42,873 nt of DNA from a virus (lineage: Duplodnaviria; Heunggongvirae; Uroviricota; Caudoviricetes). Made by a program: the position numbers and the translations under genes. Positions within the stretch are counted from its first letter, which is position 1. Each line of letters opens with the position of its first letter. The stretch lies in the IMG/VR virus record IMGVR_UViG_3300048930_000283; one strand, 5' to 3'. The notes beneath the pieces are model-generated. The model saw only the letters and a program-made list of their open reading frames with translations, ran no database searches and had not been told where the DNA came from. This document shows positions 16,160-22,037 of this stretch, one piece after another.

Positions 16160-16179
16160 AACCTTTCAGCCAAGCCAGC
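16160..16179 (-). pseudogene. 5' remnant of a Thr-type tRNA
   Basis: GCTGGCT-TG-GCTG-AAAGGTT. Confidence 0.55.
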
Positions 16180-16187
16180 GTATTCTT

Positions 16188-16261
16188 TGGTCCTTCCTGC
16201 AGGTAATGCTCCTACGTCGCACGATTATCAGTCGTGTGCTCTTCTTTTGAGCTAAGGAAGG
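16188..16261 (-). tRNA. tRNA-Ile(GAT)
   Basis: CACGA-CTGATAA-TCGTG; CCA. Confidence 0.85.
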
Positions 16262-16274
16262 ATTGGTGGTTTTT

Positions 16275-16358
16275 TGGTGGTTCACCACGGTAACGATCCG
16301 TGCGGGCCGAAGCATCTGCTTTACAGGCAGACCATCCTCCTTAGATGTCTAATGAACC
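16275..16358 (-). tRNA. tRNA-Tyr(GTA)
   Basis: TCTGC-CTGTAAA-GCAGA; V arm; CCA. Confidence 0.85.
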
Positions 16359-16504
16359 TCATTCATGCGCTAAATAGTGTGTTCTCCAGGTTTCTCCTAC
16401 TTGTTCTAACAACGAAACAAAACTATGCAACTTATTGGAGTGTGCTAATCTATGACAATTCGGACATAAAATAGTTAAATTATCATGATACTACCCCATG
16501 ATTT

Positions 16505-16578
16505 TGGAGTCTAGTAACAGAATCGCACTGTTCTCTTCGGGTTTGCAATCCGAGGCCCATCTCCTAGACCAACTAGAC
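16505..16578 (-). tRNA. tRNA-Cys(GCA)
   Basis: TCGGA-TTGCAAA-CCCGA; U73; CCA. Confidence 0.85.
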
Positions 16579-16585
16579 AAATTAC

Positions 16586-16673
16586 TGTCGGAAGTGGTAG
16601 GATTTGAACCCACGTGTCCTTTCGGACCATCTGTTTTCAAGACAGCGCCAATAAGCCTCTCTGGCACACTTCC
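16586..16673 (-). tRNA. tRNA-Ser(TGA), 3' end ACA
   Basis: CTGT-CTTGAAA-ACAG; long V arm. Confidence 0.9.
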
Positions 16674-16708
16674 ATAAAACTCTAGCTTACTACCAAGCAA
16701 CCGTATTT

Positions 16709-16790
16709 AGGTGTCGTTGGGTGGGATTTGAACCCACTAACGTCATGACTCGTTATATTCCGTACTGAGAGCGACTCAGCAACAACGACA
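16709..16790 (-). ncRNA. tRNA-like RNA with non-canonical arm order
   Basis: TGTCGTTG/CAACGACA stem; GTGGG-TTCAAAT-CCCAC. Confidence 0.55.
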
Positions 16791-16795
16791 TTGTT

Positions 16796-16872
16796 TGGCG
16801 CCACCAGAGGGAACTCGAACCCTCTCCATTGCTTTGACAGAGCAATATGCAATACCCATACACTATGATGGC
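16796..16872 (-). tRNA. tRNA-Asp(GTC)
   Basis: TTGCT-CTGTCAA-AGCAA; CCA. Confidence 0.85.
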
Positions 16873-17055
16873 AAATTTTTTATATGAAGTCGACAAAAGG
16901 ACTTACGTGTATTGATTCGATCTACTTGGCTTTACCCAGCGTGAGTCTATGTCTCTATCAATGCCTATCCACAATACCCTACTGGTCGATTACAAGGCAC
17001 GCCGTCCGAGCATTATTCTCCATCTACTATTTTGTGGTATCAACCTCATATTTCT

Positions 17056-17138
17056 TGGTACTCTCGGTGGGACTCGAACCCACAATGACAGGATTTTTAA
17101 GACCCTTAGCTGTGCCAATTCGCATTAGTCACGAGAGC
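17056..17138 (-). tRNA. tRNA-Leu(TAA), second copy with extra nt before the D arm
   Basis: AGGGT-CTTAAAA-ATCCT; CCA. Confidence 0.8.
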
Positions 17139-17146
17139 ATTTTGTT

Positions 17147-17223
17147 TGGTGCCCCAGAGGAGACTCGAACTCCTAAAATTTACGTTCTAAGCGTAACACG
17201 TATACCAATTCCGTCACCGGGGC
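17147..17223 (-). tRNA. tRNA-Leu(TAG), short variable arm
   Basis: TTACG-CTTAGAA-CGTAA; CCA. Confidence 0.9.
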
Positions 17224-17229
17224 ATTATT

Positions 17230-17309
17230 TGGCGACACATAAGGGAATCGAACCCTCCTGAACCTCTGCATTGACAGTGCAGCGACCACACCAAGCAGTC
17301 CCATGTGCC
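17230..17309 (-). tRNA. tRNA-Asp(GTC), second copy
   Basis: CTGCA-CTGTCAA-TGCAG; CCA. Confidence 0.85.
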
Positions 17310-17321
17310 ATTATATTATTT

Positions 17322-17396
17322 TGGTCCCACCTGCAGGTAACGCTCCTGCCTCTATGGATTTTCAGTCCATCACTAATCTATCTCAGTTAAAGTGGG
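17322..17396 (-). tRNA. tRNA-Phe(GAA)
   Basis: ATGGA-CTGAAAA-TCCAT; CCA. Confidence 0.85.
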
Positions 17397-17527
17397 TCAA
17401 TACTGTTATAAAACACACCCGAAGTCATATAAATCCTGACAGAAATATACTCGCATGTGTCAGCATACCGACCTAACACCCACTGGGAGGCCGCAACAGA
17501 TGTGGTTTGTAACAGTATTTGGAAAAT

Positions 17528-17560
17528 TGGTCCTCGGTGTCAGACTCGAACTGACATGCT
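17528..17560 (-). pseudogene. 3' half of a split tRNA (probably Val)
   Basis: AGCAT-GTCAG-TTCGAGT-CTGAC-ACCGAGG-A-CCA pairs with the 5' half at 18279-18312. Confidence 0.8.
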
Positions 17561-17564
17561 ATCT

Positions 17565-17637
17565 TGGTGGGTCTTGACGGTTACGCTCCGCCGACTTCCG
17601 CTTGTAAGGAGGATGTTTTACATTAAACTAAAGACCC
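17565..17637 (-). tRNA. tRNA-Val(TAC)
   Basis: TCCTC-CTTACAA-GCGGA; CCA. Confidence 0.85.
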
Positions 17638-18249
17638 AATTATACTCCAAGTTAGTTGGTTTGATGTTAAAACTAGAACCCTAACTGAATTTTGTTCTAC
17701 AACGGCAGATATTTTACGTTGGTCCTTCTTGATTAAGAAGTCATTTTTTGGATCAAGATAAACACCGTAATTTGGCAAGTAAAAGTCGGCAAAGTATTTT
17801 CTCTCTCTGCCATCTAACACATACATTAGATAGGCCGGTCGTATCCAGACAATACCGACTGCATCTAATTCTTGAGCAACTCGAAACTCGTATGAAGACT
17901 CGAGCCAAACTCTGCCTGCGGTAGGAGACTCGTACCACCCATGAGCGTACCTGTTTTTATTCTGACAGCCGAAATTTCTTTCTATAGCAATCTTGCTCAA
18001 CTTCTTTCTAGTCTCTAGTGTAATAGGTATAGATCTTGCTCGGCCTTTAGTTGTTCTCGAAACGCTCTCAGAAATCTTCTTAACCAAATCACTTGTTTCT
18101 TTTGTCAATCCTTTATTCCATGCTAGACAACCTTTTCTATTTCCGCCAGTCGGAACATTGGTTCTCAAAGGATTGTTTCGACATAGCCTTTCATGGTTGC
18201 GGTGAGAATTAGAATTCTTACATTCTTTTTGACAAAACTTACATATCAT
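17623..18249 (-). CDS. PD-(D/E)xK homing endonuclease, paralog of 14827-15489
   Basis: ESSYE..YFADFYLP..LDPKNDFLIKKD; AWNKG; GGAGG RBS; stop codon inside tRNA-Val. Confidence 0.8.
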   Translation of the reverse strand: MICKFCQKECKNSNSHRNHERLCRNNPLRTNVPTGGNRKGCLAWNKGLTKETSDLVKKISESVSRTTKGRARSIPITLETRKKLSKIAIERNFGCQNKNRYAHGWYESPTAGRVWLESSYEFRVAQELDAVGIVWIRPAYLMYVLDGRERKYFADFYLPNYGVYLDPKNDFLIKKDQRKISAVVEQNSVRVLVLTSNQLTWSIIGSLV

Positions 18250-18278
18250 CGTTGTACCCTCCTTTATATTATTTATAA

Positions 18279-18312
18279 AAGGAAGGCGCTTGAACCTCTC
18301 AGCTACCCGAGG
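18279..18312 (-). pseudogene. 5' half of a split tRNA, broken in the anticodon loop
   Basis: CCTCGGG-TA-GCTGAGAGGTTCAAGC-G-CCTTC-CTT followed by TATAAATA. Confidence 0.8.
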
Positions 18313-18493
18313 ATATAAAGTGGAAGAATATGTTCTCATTACGATCTAACTTAGCCGACTCATCTTTCCGATAACCAGGTAGCCTCCCAAGAATGGAGGT
18401 GATCTACGTTTTAGAATAGTAGTCTTTTTTCCTGGCCAGGATAACTGGACGACTATAATGAAAGAGGCTCATAACCACTTCGTTTTACTATTT

Positions 18494-18572
18494 TGGTCTC
18501 AGTGGTAGGATTTGAACCTACGATATCCTGCTCCCAAAGCAGGTGCTATTGACCAGGCTAAGCGACACTGAG
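18494..18572 (-). tRNA. tRNA-Pro(TGG)
   Basis: CCTGC-TTTGGGA-GCAGG; CCA. Confidence 0.9.
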
Positions 18573-18580
18573 TTATTCTG

Positions 18581-18656
18581 TGGTGGACCATGGCGGTACC
18601 GCCCCGCCTCTTCCAAGGTGCAAGCTTGGTGTGCTACCTTCTATCACTAATGGCCC
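18581..18656 (-). tRNA. tRNA-Ala(TGC)
   Basis: CCAAG-CTTGCAC-CTTGG; G3.U70; CCA. Confidence 0.9.
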
Positions 18657-18782
18657 AATTCTGTATTCTTTTTTAGTGTAAATTCGTTGTTTAGGCTTGT
18701 ATGTGGATTTCCCACAGGTTTTACATATTTTCATATCAATTATTTATAACACCCCAAGCAGGCCCATCCCCGTCTAATTTTG

Positions 18783-18968
18783 TATTCACATAAGGCTGTC
18801 GACTGAAACGTGCTTGTTGGATTCGAACCAACGATAGGCCTACATCGGGACCCGTGTTTCCGCTACACCATTGCACTCATTAACCCAAATTTGCGCCAAC
18901 AAAAATGAATGTTAATGCCAATCTAGAGCCACTGCTACATTTGGCGATATAACAGCCTTATGTGAATA
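18783..18968 (-). ncRNA. Y RNA (YrlA)-like RNA: long closing stem plus a tRNA-like domain
   Basis: 17-bp terminal stem; internal D and T arms at 18810-18876. Confidence 0.55.
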
Positions 18969-19170
18969 AATTGTCCCTTCATCATTCTGTCTTCGGAAAT
19001 GAAACTAGAATGGACTCGACGTTTGAATCTACATTCTGACAGACATTAGGACTTTCATTTCATGTTCCTGCCACCTATTATTGGTTCCTTTACCCGACTA
19101 AACGGTCTCACCATACTGTTGCCAGTGGCTATCATAGCGCCCTAGTGGCATGGGGCTCGAGGTATCATAC

Positions 19171-19830
19171 TCATATCGTCATATGAGCTAAGATTCTTCC
19201 TTTTCTATATCCGGTCGGTATTTCATCACTCTTTTTAATTTTCTTATTGAAAATACCGTTAGTTATCCACATAGTACCAAACTGGGAATTACCCACACCA
19301 GTTTGATTTTTAGAATTTTTCCTACTTATTTTTTCCTTAGACAACAAATTGTGCGTTTTTCCTAGAAAAGCAGTTTTACCCGCACTAGAAAACGCCTCGC
19401 TAATTCCATGTCTACTATAAGATATTGTTCCACCCAACGAACCCAATTTGGAATGAAAATTATCACCATATAAGTTTCGAAGTTTCTCATTCGCAAGAAG
19501 TCGTCCCTTACGTGTTCTGGAAATATGCAATTCAGACCCATCATTTAAATAGTCAAACCCACCACTACCGCCTCGTCTTAGATTATAGGTATCATCACGA
19601 GCTAGAAATTCTTCGGTTACGATTTCTGCTTCTCTTGCATACATCGCTTCTTTTGATTCGAAGTACTCTAGGATAGTTTTGGTGAAATTTTCCACACCAT
19701 ATTTCTCGATCGCTGCTAGAATTACTTTTCCAGAGCCCATATAACCATCATTTAAATCTTTGGTTTTATGCACTCCTACGTAAATTTTGCCATTGAGATT
19801 ACATCTCACTTCATATAAGTAATAGAACAT
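19171..19830 (-). CDS. Seg-like GIY-YIG homing endonuclease
   Basis: YYLY..KIYVGVH..YMGSG..YNL; NSQFGTMWITNG. Confidence 0.9.
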   Translation of the reverse strand: MFYYLYEVRCNLNGKIYVGVHKTKDLNDGYMGSGKVILAAIEKYGVENFTKTILEYFESKEAMYAREAEIVTEEFLARDDTYNLRRGGSGGFDYLNDGSELHISRTRKGRLLANEKLRNLYGDNFHSKLGSLGGTISYSRHGISEAFSSAGKTAFLGKTHNLLSKEKISRKNSKNQTGVGNSQFGTMWITNGIFNKKIKKSDEIPTGYRKGRILAHMTI

Positions 19831-19872
19831 TTTGTCCTCCTTACTTATATTTATGCAAAATCTACTTTTGTG

Positions 19873-19950
19873 AGCAGATCGGGAGAGTCGAACTCCTTGC
19901 TTTCGCGTCGGTTTGGAAGACCGATTCCTCTACCCTAAGGAACGACCTGC
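19873..19950 (-). tRNA. tRNA-Gly(TCC) with a small extra arm, CCA not encoded
   Basis: TCGGT-CTTCCAA-ACCGA; GC-GAAA-GC V arm; 3' end T-CACA. Confidence 0.8.
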
Positions 19951-19957
19951 ATATTAC

Positions 19958-20037
19958 TGGGGTGTCTAGTGGGACTCGCACCCACTAAAACTATGATTCA
20001 CAGTCATAGGGCTCGACGACTTTGCTCTTTAGACACC
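19958..20037 (-). tRNA. tRNA-His(GTG)
   Basis: TATGA-CTGTGAA-TCATA; G-1:C73; CCA. Confidence 0.85.
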
Positions 20038-20100
20038 ATTGAATTTGTGGAGGGCTCTCTCCCTCCGCGGACCTTGCTTGAGCATTCAGTATAGGTCTAA

Positions 20101-20130
20101 TCATCTCCTTGCAAGTCATCTCCTTGCAAG
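20101..20130. repeat. 15-bp direct tandem duplication
   Basis: tcatctccttgcaag x2. Confidence 0.9.
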
Positions 20131-20137
20131 TACAATC

Positions 20138-20213
20138 TGGCTCCGGTACCTGGAGTCGAACCAAGATCAAGTGATTAACAGTCACCCCGCACAACCACCG
20201 CGCGTCTACCGGA
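20138..20213 (-). tRNA. tRNA-Asn(GTT)
   Basis: GGTGA-CTGTTAA-TCACT; CCA. Confidence 0.85.
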
Positions 20214-20221
20214 ATTGAATT

Positions 20222-20292
20222 TGGTACCCCAGAGAGGACTCGAACCTCCGTAAGCTTGCTTCGTAGGCATGCCACCATCCTTTGGCTGGGAT
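20222..20292 (-). tRNA. tRNA-Arg(ACG), shortened D region
   Basis: CATGC-CTACGAA-GCAAG; CCA. Confidence 0.75.
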
Positions 20293-20300
20293 ATTAATCT

Positions 20301-20375
20301 TGGTGAACCGTATGGGTTTCGATCCCATCTGCGTAGTTTGAAAGACTACTGACCACACCAGCCGTCCCACGGTTC
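20301..20375 (-). tRNA. tRNA-Glu(TTC)
   Basis: GTAGT-CTTTCAA-ACTAC; CCA. Confidence 0.85.
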
Positions 20376-20380
20376 ATATT

Positions 20381-21045
20381 TGGCCTCAGCTATCTCAGTC
20401 GATAAACGTCCGAGATTGTCTTAATCTGTATCCTGAGGCAATACAGAAGCATCACCAATACTATAAGATGAGATACCACTTGGTGATGTAGTAATCCCAC
20501 CACTACTCTTTAATGATTTCTCCCAGGAAACTAACGCCCCCTGTTCCATCTGCCAATGGCTGTGGTTTTGTGATAATCCCTGGCAGGGGTCGTGTCACTT
20601 ATCCACTCTTCTGAAGAGAAACCATTAAAGAGTGCTCTATTTCTAGAGCAAATCAACATGAATCCTATTAGTATGTCTACCCACAGACTACACCTCGCCG
20701 ACGCATGGCCGATGGGGGAGTGCATACCAGCTGTGTCTATAATAGAATCATATTGACCTAAACGACCCATTTTTCCGCTGACAAATCAGCTTCCATCCTT
20801 GTCGCCGCCCATTCGGTTTTATTTACAAGGTTCCGCAGTCTCGTTCCGCATTTCCTTGACTCACTGTTGCCTGGCATCAGCTTACTTCATCGATTGTCTT
20901 TCGACTCGATTGCCCTCTTTAGGTCACTAACAACCCGGAGTACCGATTGTTAGAAGAGGTCTTCTTGGCGGGCTCTTGACCCCACTTAGCCCTTAATTAC
21001 TTCGCATCATTTACCTGTTACTCACCTTCAAATCAATCAACATGA
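20381..21045 (-). ncRNA. structured non-coding leader of the tRNA array (several modules)
   Basis: no convincing ORF; closed stems at 20505-20633 and 20651-20758 and many hairpins. Confidence 0.55.
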
Positions 21046-21049
21046 ATCC

Positions 21050-21078
21050 ATTATATTTAATTCGGTATTAATTGTCAA
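21050..21078 (-). promoter_or_regulatory. consensus sigma70 promoter facing the RNA island
   Basis: TTGACA-17 nt-TATAAT. Confidence 0.85.
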
Positions 21079-21100
21079 AACAAATTTTAAATACTTGATT

Positions 21101-21137
21101 ACAAACAAAAAACCCCAGATTTTAATGTCTAGGGTTT
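21101..21137 (-). terminator. intrinsic terminator of the putative attenuator
   Basis: AAACCCTAGA-CATTAAAA-TCTGGGGTTT followed by a U-tract. Confidence 0.8.
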
Positions 21138-21167
21138 CTGTTTACTACACACCAGTAACCCTAGAAC

Positions 21168-21248
21168 TTATGCTGGTGCACCTTCCCATCCACAATTCAA
21201 TAGAATTGAATCGGATATTAAACTATATGTAAAGGGTTTGCGCTGCAT
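21168..21248 (-). CDS. putative attenuator leader peptide MQRKPFTYSLISDSILLNCGWEGAPA
   Basis: AGGA RBS 6 nt before ATG; followed by mutually exclusive hairpins; 25 distinct codons out of 26. Confidence 0.7.
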   Translation of the reverse strand: MQRKPFTYSLISDSILLNCGWEGAPA

Positions 21249-21276
21249 TTCTGTTCCTAAGGTTAATTTGTTTTCC

Positions 21277-21307
21277 ATTATAATATATATGCCTGCTGCG
21301 AGGTCAA
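21277..21307 (-). promoter_or_regulatory. sigma70-like promoter for the leader
   Basis: TTGACC followed by TATTAT (16 nt spacer) or TATAAT (19 nt spacer). Confidence 0.5.
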
Positions 21308-21331
21308 AACTAAGAAATTTTGAAAAATATT

Positions 21332-21622
21332 TTACAGTTCTATATAGTTGCTCTTAATTAGATTTATACCCAATAGTTTACAATAAACCACAAACGAATC
21401 ACGACCACTTAAACTATCAAAGTAAACGTGTCCTGCATTAGAAATACCACCAAACATTGTAGCGTCGGGTAATTCAGCATTATAACGTGTTTTTGGTGGT
21501 AGTGTTATCCCAAACCACCCCAAATACTTTTCAGTTGGAGGAATTTCAAAATATAGAATGTTAACTGAATTCATTATCGTCTCGGTGCCCAACTCGCATT
21601 GCCATATTTGACTCTGTTTCAC
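21332..21622 (-). CDS. hypothetical protein (probable start MNSVN)
   Basis: ORF overlapping the queD end. Confidence 0.5.
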   Translation of the reverse strand: MKQSQIWQCELGTETIMNSVNILYFEIPPTEKYLGWFGITLPPKTRYNAELPDATMFGGISNAGHVYFDSLSGRDSFVVYCKLLGINLIKSNYIEL

Positions 21623-22037
21623 GAACTTCTACCTTGCAACACCAAACTCGTTCTGCCTCAGATGTCCCAAAACTAGGAAGCAGTATAGTATTGATGTATT
21701 CGTAGAGATAATCTGCTAATCCCTCACAACCAGTTTTCTCAACCTCGATTATTTTAGCTAATCCTTTAATCCCCAAATTCTTTATTGTTTCATATTCTGG
21801 GTCGTCTTGTGCCAATAATAATGTATGGTCAAACCACTCTTCGAGGCATTCTTTTAGTGGTTTAAGACCACCAAAATCCATCACCCAATTACGAGCATCT
21901 AAATCATCAGCCTCAAATTCAAAATGAAATGACAACGAGTATCCGTGCAGCAGGCGGCAATGGGAATCCGCCTTCCATTGTCTATATGCAACAGATCCTA
22001 AGTTTTTATATGTTTTGGTTGAGATATACTTACTCAT
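21561..22037 (-). CDS. queD: 6-carboxytetrahydropterin synthase / PTPS family
   Basis: SHCRLLHGY, VMDFG, FDH, EVRET. Confidence 0.85.
   Translation of the reverse strand: MSKYISTKTYKNLGSVAYRQWKADSHCRLLHGYSLSFHFEFEADDLDARNWVMDFGGLKPLKECLEEWFDHTLLLAQDDPEYETIKNLGIKGLAKIIEVEKTGCEGLADYLYEYINTILLPSFGTSEAERVWCCKVEVRETESNMAMRVGHRDDNEFS

Noticed and set aside
14698-18312. Group I or II introns as the explanation for the split tRNAs
   Set aside because: The inserts are fully occupied by promoter, ORF and an intact tRNA, leaving no room for a ribozyme core, and part of each anticodon arm is deleted.
18250-18339. N-terminal extension of the ORF annotated 17623..18339
   Set aside because: It runs through the tRNA 5' half and the late promoter; the RBS supports ATG at 18249.
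7285-20375. Suppressor tRNAs or stop-codon recoding
   Set aside because: No CTA, TTA or TCA anticodon was found, and the long genes translate intact in the standard code.
20505-20633. 6S or SRP RNA assignment
   Set aside because: Too short for 6S with no clear central bubble, and no SRP helix-8 motif; left as unidentified.
7285-21045. CRISPR array or regular repeat-spacer array
   Set aside because: The recurring motifs are tRNA T arms and CCA ends; no constant repeat with regular spacers and no cas genes were seen.
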